Part shown: piece by piece, positions 10,340 to 20,633 of the stretch
Layout of the letters: every line of letters begins with the position of its first letter
Position numbering within the stretch: position 1 is the first letter of the stretch
Origin: an uncultured archaeon
GTDB taxonomy: Archaea; Thermoplasmatota; Penumbrarchaeia; JASLWR01
Direction of reading: 5' to 3'
Assembly (NCBI GenBank): GCA_964430885.1
Contig: CAYSHM010000016.1
Coordinates: 1 to 64,000 of the forward strand
Length of the DNA stretch: 64,000 nucleotides
Notes under the pieces: generated by a model
The model's database searches: none
Seen by the model: only the letters and a program-made list of their open reading frames with translations
Told to the model about the DNA's origin: nothing
Translations under genes and position numbers: made by a program

Positions 10340-12247
10340 ATGAGGCATTTGCAAATGAATATCACCAAGAAGAGATTGAAGGACATACCCCAGAAAACAG
10401 GAGTATACCTTTTCAGGGATTCCCAGCGGAAGGTGCTTTATGTCGGGAAGGCGGTGGACCTCCAGAGCAGGGTAAACCAGCATCTCTTCGCAAAGGACGA
10501 TTACTACAAGGAGCTGATGATAAGAGAGCGGTCCAGTGATATAGAGTACATTCTTACGTCCGGGGAAGCTGAGGCGCTCATCCTGGAGAACAACCTTATA
10601 AAACAGTACAAACCACCCTACAATGTCAGGCTGAAGGACGACAAATCCTACCCTTATATCAGGATAACTGTAAAGGATAAATTTTCCAGGGTTGAGCTGA
10701 CCAGGAAGGTAAACAAGAAGGATGGGGCGGATTATTACGGGCCTTATTACGATTCGGGGTCCGCCAAGAGAAGCGTTAAACTTGTGAAAAGGCTCTTCAG
10801 GATCAGAAGATGCACAGGAGCTGTGGAGGGTAAAGTTTCGGGTCGGAGAAAAAAGGGGAATAACGGATGTCTGAACCGTCAGATGGAACTGTGTTCGTCC
10901 CCCTGCAGCGGCGGAATATCTGAAAAGGATTACAGGGCCAATGTGAAAAGAGTTAAATGGTTCCTGAAGGGTAAGACCAAAAAGATCGTGAAGAAGCTGA
11001 AAAAGGAGATGGATAAGGCCGCATCCGAGATGAAATTCGAGAGAGCAGGGGAACTGAGAGACCTCATCGCCGACATAGGCCGAATATCAGAAACCCAGAG
11101 GGTAGCTAACAAGCGTCTAGGGGATATGGACATTATGGGATGCTCGGTCATCGGTAATGAAGGATGCATACAGGTTCTCCAGGTCAGGAGAGGCAATCTT
11201 GTCAAGGGTAAGAGGTTCTTGTTTCCTGACATTCACGGAATGGATCAGTCGGAACTTATAACAAGCTTTCTTGAACAGCTTTTCATCGGTAAGATCGACA
11301 TTCCCCAGAGGGTCCTTGTGAGCCATCCCTTGACCGAGAACAGGTTCATTAATAAATGGCTGAAGGAGAGCGGTGCGGTATGCAGGATAACACAGCCTAA
11401 TAAGAAAGAGGAGAGGGAACTGGTGAACCTTGCAGAGAGAAACGCAAGGGAAAAACTTGACAAACTGATAGAGAACAAGGGTTATTCCCAGGGACTGGTA
11501 GAACTTAAAGAGACACTAGGGCTTTCGGAAGTTCCTCTGAGAATAGAGGGAATGGATATCTCCAACATCTCAGGTTCCCTGGCGGTTGGGTCCCTGGTAT
11601 GTTTTGAGGATGGGAAACCGGAGAAGAGCAGATACAGACGATACAGGATAAAGACCGTGCAGGGCATTGACGATTATGCCATGATACGTGAGGTTGTCAG
11701 AAGAAGGTATTCAGGACTCCTAGTAAGTCAGCAGGGAAATGGGAAGAAAATGGAGGATAATGAAGGGAATGGGGAAGGATTGGATGCGCCCGGGTTGCTG
11801 CTCATAGATGGTGGTAAAGGACATCTATCATCTGCACTCTCCGAGCTTCAGTGCATGGAACTGGATAGCATTATTCCTTTGATATCCATTGCCAAAAGGG
11901 ATGAGGAGATATTTGTCCCAGGCAATTCGACCCCGATGAAATGGAAGAAAGGATCCGAGGGTTTGGAACTGCTTAAAAAGATACGGGATGAGGCCCATAG
12001 GTTCGCTATTGCATATCACCGTCTTGTCCGCAAGAAAAGAACACGGGAATCGATTCTGGATGACATACCTGGAATAGGAAAAAAGAGAAAAAGAAACCTC
12101 CTTAGGAAGTTCGGCAGTATTGACAAGATTCGCAGGGCAAGCCTTGAGGAACTCTGTAAGGTTAAGTTAATAGACAGGAAGACATCTGAATCCATAATAA
12201 AATTCTTCAAGATCAAGGATATCGTCAAGGATCTTGAAAATGATTAA
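10340..12247 (+). CDS. uvrC: Excinuclease ABC subunit C
   Basis: GIY-YIG (GVY...YVGKA), four-Cys cluster, UVR, RNase H-like (DIS, IDGGKGH, RDEAHRFA) and HhH. Confidence 0.97.
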   Translation: MRHLQMNITKKRLKDIPQKTGVYLFRDSQRKVLYVGKAVDLQSRVNQHLFAKDDYYKELMIRERSSDIEYILTSGEAEALILENNLIKQYKPPYNVRLKDDKSYPYIRITVKDKFSRVELTRKVNKKDGADYYGPYYDSGSAKRSVKLVKRLFRIRRCTGAVEGKVSGRRKKGNNGCLNRQMELCSSPCSGGISEKDYRANVKRVKWFLKGKTKKIVKKLKKEMDKAASEMKFERAGELRDLIADIGRISETQRVANKRLGDMDIMGCSVIGNEGCIQVLQVRRGNLVKGKRFLFPDIHGMDQSELITSFLEQLFIGKIDIPQRVLVSHPLTENRFINKWLKESGAVCRITQPNKKEERELVNLAERNAREKLDKLIENKGYSQGLVELKETLGLSEVPLRIEGMDISNISGSLAVGSLVCFEDGKPEKSRYRRYRIKTVQGIDDYAMIREVVRRRYSGLLVSQQGNGKKMEDNEGNGEGLDAPGLLLIDGGKGHLSSALSELQCMELDSIIPLISIAKRDEEIFVPGNSTPMKWKKGSEGLELLKKIRDEAHRFAIAYHRLVRKKRTRESILDDIPGIGKKRKRNLLRKFGSIDKIRRASLEELCKVKLIDRKTSESIIKFFKIKDIVKDLEND

Positions 12248-12379
12248 GCCTGTATTATTCCCCCAATCATTTTGCATCGCGCAATATTTTAATAGAATCA
12301 TATGATTTCATCAGCACAGGGATTAACACATGGATGATCTGATTCGGAATATCCATTCAAATATTCAGAAGGTACTGTA

Positions 12380-12964
12380 ATGTCAGATATTGATCATAAT
12401 AAAGCTTTAAAAATGCTTCTTGAAGGTAATAAAAGATATGCTGAAGGGGAACTCACCCATCCCAATCAAACACCCGAAAGGCGTAAGGAATTATTATCGG
12501 GACAGGATCCTTTTGCAGTCGTCATCGCATGCTCAGATTCCAGAGTGCCTGTAGAATCCATTTTTGACGTGGGGATAGGCGACATATTCGTAATAAGAAC
12601 GGCTGGAAACATCCTGGACGCTGTTGGTATCGGCAGTGTTCAATATGCTGTTGAGCATCTGGGTGTTCAGCTAGTGTTTGTCCTGGGGCACACAAGCTGC
12701 GGTGCTGTCGGTGCGACCCTGTCCGGCGGTGACACTGAAGGCTATTTGAGGAGTGTTGTGGAATTTCTGAAACCTGCTGCAGCCAGGGGCAGAGAAATGC
12801 CGGGTGATGCATATATGAATTCCATTAAGGCCAATGTTGAGCTTATGAAGGAGAGGCTGAAGAACGGCGGAGAATCATTCAGGAAAGCCCTTGAAGGGAG
12901 AAAGCTGAGAGTGGCTGGCGCGGTTTACAACATGGAAAGCGGCCTTGTGGAAATGCTGGAATGA
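12380..12964 (+). CDS. Beta-class carbonic anhydrase
   Basis: CSDSRV and HTSCGAV zinc ligands; L.EGN.RY N-terminus. Confidence 0.95.
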   Translation: MSDIDHNKALKMLLEGNKRYAEGELTHPNQTPERRKELLSGQDPFAVVIACSDSRVPVESIFDVGIGDIFVIRTAGNILDAVGIGSVQYAVEHLGVQLVFVLGHTSCGAVGATLSGGDTEGYLRSVVEFLKPAAARGREMPGDAYMNSIKANVELMKERLKNGGESFRKALEGRKLRVAGAVYNMESGLVEMLE

Positions 12965-12988
12965 ATGATATGATCTGGAGGTATAGTC

Positions 12989-13858
12989 GTGGATCATTTT
13001 GAATATGGTTTTCTCACCAAGGATAATACAAAGTTATACGGTCAAGGGTGGAAACCGAAGAAGGGGAAGGAGATAAAAGGAGTCGTATTTCTGAACCACG
13101 GCCTGGGAGATCACAGCGGAAGATACCTCTATCTGGCAGAAGCACTCACTGAAACTGGTTACATTCTTATTTCATACGATATGCGGGGTCATGGTAAAAG
13201 CCCGGGAAAAAGAGGGTATTCACCGGGTTATGAGATCCTGATGGACGACATATCCCGCTTCATCAAAGCAAGCAATAAATGGATAAGATCGGTATACCCT
13301 AAGAAATTTTCTAAATTCCCCCACTTCCTTTACGGTCACAGCATGGGGGGGAACCTGATATTAAATTACTGCTTGAGGCGTAAAAAGAACATAAAAAGGT
13401 TCAAAGCAGTCATCATAACAAGTCCGTATCTTCTTCTCGAGCTAAAGGTCAGCCGTACTACAATGGTTACTGCAAAGCTTCTTGGAAAATTGCTGCCGAA
13501 AGCAACTGTGAAAAAGAAGATACATCCCAATAAAATATCCCGGTATCCAGTCCAGCAGAAGGCCTACGGGAACGACCCTATGGTTCACGGGAACATCAAT
13601 CCTAGGGCATTTATCGACCTTGAGAATGCCGCAGAGTATGCCCTGAAAAATGCTAATAAATTCTCAAAACCGCTACTTATCATGCACGGCGGCGCTGATG
13701 AGATCACATCGCCTGAAGGCAGTAGGGAGTTCGCAAGAATGATGAAAAATAACGTCACCCTTAAGATCTGGAAGGATTCTCTGCATGAGACCCATAACGA
13801 CCTGGATAGGGAGAAGGTTTTCGAATATATTTTTGAATGGCTGAACGAACGAATTTAA
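12989..13858 (+). CDS. Alpha/beta hydrolase, lysophospholipase/monoacylglycerol lipase family
   Basis: HGLGDHSGRY, DMRGHGKS, GHSMGG nucleophile, HGGADEIT and HETHND. Confidence 0.9.
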   Translation: MDHFEYGFLTKDNTKLYGQGWKPKKGKEIKGVVFLNHGLGDHSGRYLYLAEALTETGYILISYDMRGHGKSPGKRGYSPGYEILMDDISRFIKASNKWIRSVYPKKFSKFPHFLYGHSMGGNLILNYCLRRKKNIKRFKAVIITSPYLLLELKVSRTTMVTAKLLGKLLPKATVKKKIHPNKISRYPVQQKAYGNDPMVHGNINPRAFIDLENAAEYALKNANKFSKPLLIMHGGADEITSPEGSREFARMMKNNVTLKIWKDSLHETHNDLDREKVFEYIFEWLNERI

Positions 13859-14026
13859 GCTGTTTTCTGTACCTGACTCCCGCATAATAACAATTGAGCG
13901 ATATAAGGGGTCATTTAAATATAGGAGAAGGGTTTATTTTAAGATATTACACCGCTATAGATTCTTGATGATTCTATAGCAATTAATTGAAATGTACGAT
14001 CCAAAATCCCAACCAAGGTAGATAAA

Positions 14027-15820
14027 ATGAAATTTGAAACCATCCCCCAGATGTTCTATGAAATGAGCGATAAACACACCAAGGAGTCAACACTCTTTGA
14101 GAAGAAAGATGGAAAATGGAAAGGTTTGAAATACTCTCAGGTGAAGAAGAAGGTAGAGGATTTCGGAGGCGGGCTTGTGAGCCTAGGAGTTGAGAAGGGG
14201 GACAAGGTCGCTATTTTTTCTTCAAATAACCGTAAATGGGCCGTATCCGATTATGCCATTGCAGCCATCGGGGCAGTATCGGTTACCATATATCCCTCAC
14301 TCATCGAGAACCAGATAGAGTACATCCTCAAGCACTCGGATGCGAAATTCGTGATCTCCGAGAACAGGGAGCTTACTGAAAGGATCAACAATATCAAGGA
14401 CAATCTTCCCAATCTAAAAGGAATAATATCCATGTCAGGTCAAAAAAGGTCCAGCGGGGACATATATACCTTCGAGGATGTGGAAAAAAGAGGTGAAAAA
14501 TACACCAAGGAGAAAAACCTTGATATCAAGAATATAGCCCTGTCGGTGAAGGCTGAGGATCTCCATACCCTTGTATATACCAGCGGCACCACGGGAGAGC
14601 CCAAGGGAGTAATGCTTCTTAACAAGAATATCGTTGCCAATATTATACAGGGAAAGGCCGCTATACCCGTGGATACCAGTGATAAGTTCCTGTCATTTCT
14701 ACCATTGAGCCATTGTTTTGAAAGAACGGTGGGACATTATGTACCCTTCGCTTCAGGATCATCCATCTATTATGTAGAGGACATGGAAAAGATAGCTGAC
14801 AATCTGGCTGAAGTTAAACCCACTGTCATGAGCACAGTACCCCGGCTGTTCGAGAAGATGAGGATTGCAATACTTGCTAAAATGAAGGAGGAAAGCGCCA
14901 TAAAGAGAGGCATATTCAACTGGTCCCTGGGTGTAGGCACCAAATCCTGTGCCTACCTTTTCAAGGGCGAGAAACCCAAGGGAATGCTGGGGATGAAGCA
15001 CAAGATGGCAAATAAACTGGTTTTCTCTAAGCTCAGGCAGAAGGTTGGGGGTAATTTGCGTTTCTTCGTATCCGGTGGTGCAGCCCTGTCCGAGGACGTG
15101 GGGAATTTCTTCGGATCCATGAGCATTCCGATACTGGAGGGTTACGGCCTTACAGAGACCAGCCCGGTCATCACCTGCAACCGAGAGGATTCCATCAAGA
15201 TCGGGACCGTGGGCAAACCCCTTAACGGTGTGGAGGTCAGGATAGCAAAGGACGGAGAGGTGCTGTGCCGGGGCGACAATGTCATGGCTGGTTACTACAA
15301 GAACCCGGAAGCCACAAAAGAAGTTATTGACGATGAGGGATGGTTCTACACAGGGGATATCGGACTTATTGACAAGGACGGATGTCTGAAGATCACGGAC
15401 CGTAAAAAGAACATCATTGTCACAGCATACGGAAAGAACGTTGTGCCCGTACCTCTAGAAACTGCTATCACAGATTCGCCTCTTGTTGATCAGTGCATAG
15501 TGCTGGGCAATGAGAAGCCCTTTGTAGCCGGAATAATCGTACCCTGTTTCGAAGCGCTCAAGGAGATATGTAAGGAAAAGGGCATCAAGACCAAGGACAA
15601 GAAGAAACTGGCTGCAGACAAGAAGGTGAAGGCCATATACAAGGATGTAGTGGAGTGCGCAATGCAGGGATTCGCCAAGTACGAGAAGGTAAAGGACTTC
15701 ATCCTTACTCCTGAGGAGTGGACCATAGAGAACGGTATGCTTACACCAACACTCAAGACCAGAAGGCGAAAGATAATGGCCCGGTACAAGGAAAATATTG
15801 CCAAATTATACTCCAAATAA
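14027..15820 (+). CDS. Long-chain fatty-acid--CoA ligase (AMP-forming)
   Basis: YTSGTTGEPKG, GYGLTETSP, TGDIG, DRKKN and LTPTLK.RR. Confidence 0.93.
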   Translation: MKFETIPQMFYEMSDKHTKESTLFEKKDGKWKGLKYSQVKKKVEDFGGGLVSLGVEKGDKVAIFSSNNRKWAVSDYAIAAIGAVSVTIYPSLIENQIEYILKHSDAKFVISENRELTERINNIKDNLPNLKGIISMSGQKRSSGDIYTFEDVEKRGEKYTKEKNLDIKNIALSVKAEDLHTLVYTSGTTGEPKGVMLLNKNIVANIIQGKAAIPVDTSDKFLSFLPLSHCFERTVGHYVPFASGSSIYYVEDMEKIADNLAEVKPTVMSTVPRLFEKMRIAILAKMKEESAIKRGIFNWSLGVGTKSCAYLFKGEKPKGMLGMKHKMANKLVFSKLRQKVGGNLRFFVSGGAALSEDVGNFFGSMSIPILEGYGLTETSPVITCNREDSIKIGTVGKPLNGVEVRIAKDGEVLCRGDNVMAGYYKNPEATKEVIDDEGWFYTGDIGLIDKDGCLKITDRKKNIIVTAYGKNVVPVPLETAITDSPLVDQCIVLGNEKPFVAGIIVPCFEALKEICKEKGIKTKDKKKLAADKKVKAIYKDVVECAMQGFAKYEKVKDFILTPEEWTIENGMLTPTLKTRRRKIMARYKENIAKLYSK

Positions 15821-15937
15821 TTCTATTAAATATTTTGTATAATAGAATAAAAAGAAGCCGAAAGGGAACATCCCTTCCAGCCATTGAAGGTCACATCTGA
15901 CCATAACAGAACATAATTTTCTTGAAAAAACATAAAT

Positions 15938-18892
15938 TCATTCGTCCATGGGCGGCGCGGGTTCGAGAGGCTCTTCAGATAACTCATCAATTTCTTCCGA
16001 CTCCGGGATTTCGTCATCTGAGACCAGCAGTTCGTCCTCGTCATCTGCCAGTGCTTCCCTGAGGTTCTCAAGCTCCTCGGTTCCGTATTCTTCCTCATAA
16101 AGGCTCTCGAACATATCATCGGAAAGCTGCTCGGCTACTATTTCGTCGATAGCTGCCCTGAGTTCATCATCGCCCATATCCTCCATGCCCTCGATAACGA
16201 GCTCATGCTCGGCAGCATATGCTTCCAGTTCTTCCTTGGACATGCTGTCCCAGTCATATTCATCTGCAATATCGTCAACTGAAGGTTCAGGTTCTTCTTC
16301 CTTTTTCCTCAAGGCGCCTACTATAACCAGTAAGCCCACTATAATTAGGACAGCGGCGATCGCCCAGATCCACCAGGGAGTTCCATCATCATCTTCCTCG
16401 CCTATTGCCTGTTTTGCGAAATCAGGTATGGTCTCACCTTCGGTCCATTTGATCTCAATATCATCCTTTGAAGCAGTGTAATCAATACCGTCAACAGAAG
16501 CGTTCTTGGGTATCTCAAAGGTCACATAACCCTGACTGTCGGTCTTGGCCGAGTAAGGCACACCACCCAGAGTGAATTCCACACTGGCATTTGTGATTGG
16601 ATTGCCATCCTCATCCTTTATTGGGCCTACCTTATGGTTCTTCTTCGTCTCCGGGATAGGCGGTTCTTCAGGTTCATCTTCCAGATCAAAACTCACTGCT
16701 TTTTCAGCTGTCAGATTGAAGGTTAATTCTTCAGAAACATATCCGTCTTTGGTTATGTTCAGAGTATGATTTCCTTCGGTCAGGTTCAGGTCCAGAGTAC
16801 CGTTCACCAGAGTGATCACATTCCCGTCCAGCTTAACTACTGCATCAGCTGGTGTAACAGTGATTGTAAGTTTGTATTCAGGAGTCGGGATGACCCTGAT
16901 CTCTACAGTTATAACAATAATGTCTGTTGCGTAGTTACCCGCCTCATCGGTGATGTTCAGGGTAACATTGTATACACCAGGAATGTAAAATGTATAGTTG
17001 ACCATAATACCATCAAGAGTGATATTCTGACCGTCATACACGAAGCTCCAGGTGTAATTCACAATGCCCTTGTCATCAGTGCTCAAGTTAGCGTTGAAGG
17101 CCAGCTCATCTCCTTCATTAACGGTGGTATCATTCCCTGCTTCAGCCGCGGGATCTGTTGTATCCGGCAATTCCATGATGTCAATGGTTTCATTGGCCAA
17201 TGCTGCAGAGTTGTTGTAATTATCCATTGCCTCGATGTAGAACTCCACTATCCCAGTCATGTTCTGGGCAGGTAATTCATAGGACCATACAAGGTCATCC
17301 AGGGTGTCCATTGTTGTGTTGAAGTCATTGCCCCAAACATCCGTGTAGAAGAGATAGACCTGAGCAACCCCGCTGTCATCGGTCACATTGACGAACACTT
17401 CCATAGTATCCTCGATATAAACCGCATCAGCAAAGGTGAGATTGTCCAGTACCGGTGCATTCACATCAGTGATGTTGACCCAAAGGCTGTCAGTATCATC
17501 AAGGCCTTCTGCATCGGTGACTGTCAGGATTACTTCATAACTGCCAGGTATATCAAATAAGAATTCCATGGAATCTCCGTAGAACTCGAGGTTGCCGCCG
17601 TCAAAGCTGAACTGCCAGGTGTAATTGACAATTCCTATGTTATCGCTGCTGCCTGATGCATTGAGTTCCACCAGTTCACCAAGGGTTTCATCCACATCAT
17701 TGCCTGCAACAGCCACAGGAGCGTCATTGTCCTCAACAACTAACTCCAAAATATCAGTGGAATTAAGGTTCCCATGTGTATCATTGACAAATATTTGATA
17801 GCTCAGATTATCCAGGCTATTCAGAGGTATCTGTATTTCATGGGCCCAAAGATCGGATGTAGCGTTGTATTCAAGGGAAGCGTTCATCAATGCTCTTTCC
17901 AAGTACCCGAACCAGTAATGGACCCAAGCCTCATCGATATCCGAAACATCTGTAAAGTTAACCTTGAAATGGAAAGGATCACCTGTAAATACTTCCAGGT
18001 CACTGCGGTCATCTATCTCGGGAGGTGCTTCATCAGGTACGACCTCGAACTGGAAATATGGGTAGCTGCTGCCCTCGTTTATGGCCCATTTGGTGGTAAA
18101 ATCCCAATCAACATAGGTGGCTTGCTGTTTCATCTCTACGGTGGTCTTGCCCGTTCCGCCGTCGCTGCTGCCCTGGTTGGAGGTCTGGGTGTTCCAGTAA
18201 CAGCTCTTTGCCACACCATAGTTCTGGGCGAAAAGCCCGCCATCGGTGGCCGAAGTGAAAACGAATCCGTACGAATACGAATAGTTCACATCTGCAAAGG
18301 GGTGACCAATGAGACCTCCAAAGAAGTCCCCGGTCTCGCCGATCATGCATGATGATGAGCAGTTCTCAACTGATTTCCATGTATCTCCAGCCAATCCGCC
18401 GACATAGAGGTCAGATCCTATCACAGTACCGTTAGTACGGCATGTATGTATCCATGTGTTGGATTCTCCAACCAGGGCTCCCACATGACCGTTGCCTGTC
18501 ACAGATGCTCCTTCCAGAATAACATTGGATATGCTGCCTGTTCCCTCTGTCTTGCCGAACAGTCCTACCTTGTCCATTCCAGGTCGGTTAATAACTAAGC
18601 CTGTAATAGTATGCCCCTGGCCGTTGAATGAACCGGTGAAAGACGCTGATTCATTCCCTATTGGGTTGAAACCCGCTCCACCGTTCCAGCCTGCGGTAGC
18701 AGAGGCATCGATGTCCATATTGAGGACAAAATCACCTGCCAAATTATTGTTCATGTTCTGAAGATCGTTCAATGTAGTTATTACAATGGGCGCACGCTCT
18801 CCGCTTTCAGTGGGCTGGGCCCAGGATATTCCCGACAGAACACACAGGAACATCATTCCAATCAAAAAGATTACTGCAGCTTTTTTTTTCAT
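15938..18892 (-). CDS. Single-pass surface protein: GLUG/adhesin-like beta-solenoid, Ig-like and two PKD domains, PEGA-like, TM helix, acidic tail with helix-extension-helix-like motif
   Basis: LQNM...L..DIDAS.T..WN.G.GF.PIG, VGGLAG repeats, PKD motifs and TM WWIWAIAAVLIIVGLLVIVGALRKK. Confidence 0.85.
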   Translation of the reverse strand: MKKKAAVIFLIGMMFLCVLSGISWAQPTESGERAPIVITTLNDLQNMNNNLAGDFVLNMDIDASATAGWNGGAGFNPIGNESASFTGSFNGQGHTITGLVINRPGMDKVGLFGKTEGTGSISNVILEGASVTGNGHVGALVGESNTWIHTCRTNGTVIGSDLYVGGLAGDTWKSVENCSSSCMIGETGDFFGGLIGHPFADVNYSYSYGFVFTSATDGGLFAQNYGVAKSCYWNTQTSNQGSSDGGTGKTTVEMKQQATYVDWDFTTKWAINEGSSYPYFQFEVVPDEAPPEIDDRSDLEVFTGDPFHFKVNFTDVSDIDEAWVHYWFGYLERALMNASLEYNATSDLWAHEIQIPLNSLDNLSYQIFVNDTHGNLNSTDILELVVEDNDAPVAVAGNDVDETLGELVELNASGSSDNIGIVNYTWQFSFDGGNLEFYGDSMEFLFDIPGSYEVILTVTDAEGLDDTDSLWVNITDVNAPVLDNLTFADAVYIEDTMEVFVNVTDDSGVAQVYLFYTDVWGNDFNTTMDTLDDLVWSYELPAQNMTGIVEFYIEAMDNYNNSAALANETIDIMELPDTTDPAAEAGNDTTVNEGDELAFNANLSTDDKGIVNYTWSFVYDGQNITLDGIMVNYTFYIPGVYNVTLNITDEAGNYATDIIVITVEIRVIPTPEYKLTITVTPADAVVKLDGNVITLVNGTLDLNLTEGNHTLNITKDGYVSEELTFNLTAEKAVSFDLEDEPEEPPIPETKKNHKVGPIKDEDGNPITNASVEFTLGGVPYSAKTDSQGYVTFEIPKNASVDGIDYTASKDDIEIKWTEGETIPDFAKQAIGEEDDDGTPWWIWAIAAVLIIVGLLVIVGALRKKEEEPEPSVDDIADEYDWDSMSKEELEAYAAEHELVIEGMEDMGDDELRAAIDEIVAEQLSDDMFESLYEEEYGTEELENLREALADDEDELLVSDDEIPESEEIDELSEEPLEPAPPMDE

Positions 18893-19110
18893 GAAAATAT
18901 CACCTTAATTAGTTTTAGTTCCCTGAGGGAAAAAAATACCCAATGATAAATGTTTGCATTGGAATTGAAAAATGGCAATTTGAAAGGTATTGGGCCAATA
19001 ACCTGAAATTGTCCAATTTTAGGAATAAATTGTCTCAATTATCTTCATCTGAAAATGGATAGGTCTTATTGCGCTTCTGAATTCTCATAAAGGTTCTAGG
19101 ATATATCATC

Positions 19111-19719
19111 TTAGATCTGTTCACTGACAATATCATCAATGGTTGCCCTCAGATCAGCATCGGTCATCTCTTTCATATTGGGTATATCAAGTTCATTCTC
19201 CAGAACATATCTTTCCAGTCCTTCCCTGCTCCTGCTGTCCCAGTCATATTCGACCATTAGAGCCTGAAGCTCCAGATCACTATCTGCCTTATCCATCTGG
19301 GCCTTCTTTGCCTTTAAAAGGATCAGTATCACTGTGATAATGACCACTAATACAATTGCCATTATAAGGCTTAGCCAAACAATCGGGCTAGAACTGTTAT
19401 CCGTATTCTGTTCTGTAAAAACAGGTATGTTCTGGCCCTCTACCCATCTTATCCCAATATCATCCTTGATCGCAGTATATTCGATCCCATCAACTGAAGT
19501 GTTAGCGGCTATCTTGAAATACGCATAACCCTGAGAATCGGTCATATTGATGTAGATATAACCTTCTATAGTGAATGACACCTCAACATCTTCCACTGCA
19601 TCCTGATCACTGTTAAGAACGCGACCCACCCGGTGGTCTATCTGAGCACCGGAGACACTTGAAGCCATTATAATAAGAATAAAACCGAACAAATAAAGAA
19701 AAGCTGCCCTTGTATTCAT
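19111..19719 (-). CDS. Small single-pass membrane protein, paralog of the C-terminal part of 15938-18892
   Basis: Signal peptide, TDSQGY..F.I..N.SVDGI.YTA.KDDI.I.W.EG domain, TM helix and YDWDS.S.E.LE.Y tail, all shared with the neighbour. Confidence 0.75.
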   Translation of the reverse strand: MNTRAAFLYLFGFILIIMASSVSGAQIDHRVGRVLNSDQDAVEDVEVSFTIEGYIYINMTDSQGYAYFKIAANTSVDGIEYTAIKDDIGIRWVEGQNIPVFTEQNTDNSSSPIVWLSLIMAIVLVVIITVILILLKAKKAQMDKADSDLELQALMVEYDWDSRSREGLERYVLENELDIPNMKEMTDADLRATIDDIVSEQI

Positions 19720-19724
19720 GATAA

Positions 19725-20417
19725 TTACTTCTCCTTTCCCTCATCAAAGGGATAGGTTCTCTTGAGCTTCTGAATTCTCTCAATTGTCCATGAATCCTCG
19801 ATTCTATGAAGGAAATCCCCAATATGTTCCCTGTACTCAGGGAAATGCCTTCCGAAACCCTCGATAATATCAAAAGCACCGTTTATTTCCTTGATATCTT
19901 CGGGTTCGGGATGTTTTGGTTCATGATGTTCGCATGAGCAATCAACATGAGAGCAATCCTCCTCTTCAAGTGCTGAAAGCATCTCTCTGGACCTCTGGAG
20001 TATGTCATCCTCGTCGTCGTTCTGCTGCATCTGAAGGAAGAACTGGAATCCTGCGAATAGGTTTGCAGTAATGGTATTGGAGAGTTCCTTCAGGACCACT
20101 TCTTTGTAGTCGTCCAGATCCATATCCTGAAGATAGGAATAATATTCAACTACCGGAGGGATGGTATTCTTTACTCGGAGGGCTGCTGATGTGAATTCGT
20201 CCATATCATTCAGTTTGGCCATTATACTCTCCGTTGCCATCTCAACTATCTCATGTGCGTGCTCCATAAGTTTTTCAGTGGAAACATCCTCACCCACAAC
20301 CTGATCGATTATAGGTACATAATCCAGATCCTCCATTAGCTCTTCAAGGAGGACACCGAAACTGTCCTGATACACTGCTGAATAATTCTCAAATCCTGAT
20401 TTCGCTTCTTCATCCAT
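19725..20417 (-). CDS. Hypothetical acidic helical protein with a Cys/His cluster
   Basis: 230-aa ORF with GGAGG RBS and CSHVDCSCEHHE; 5 bp upstream of 19719. Confidence 0.7.
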   Translation of the reverse strand: MDEEAKSGFENYSAVYQDSFGVLLEELMEDLDYVPIIDQVVGEDVSTEKLMEHAHEIVEMATESIMAKLNDMDEFTSAALRVKNTIPPVVEYYSYLQDMDLDDYKEVVLKELSNTITANLFAGFQFFLQMQQNDDEDDILQRSREMLSALEEEDCSHVDCSCEHHEPKHPEPEDIKEINGAFDIIEGFGRHFPEYREHIGDFLHRIEDSWTIERIQKLKRTYPFDEGKEK

Positions 20418-20633
20418 ATTATCTCCTCCGCTTTTGAAATAGGCTTTCAGCTACACCGAAATCAGCTGATAGCTTTTATAGATTCACGTGGATTTTCCTG
20501 CGGTTATCAAAACCCACAGCTGTAACAAATATGTTTACTTTCACCCTTCTCCTGACACCTCTTATATAGTAAAATTTCTATGCTAAATACATCTGAAAAA
20601 TGTACATTATTGTACGATTTAGGAGGAAGAAAA

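Noticed and set aside
5439-12247. uvrBAC in an archaeon as a novelty
   Set aside because: Bacterial-type UvrABC is already known in several mesophilic archaeal lineages.
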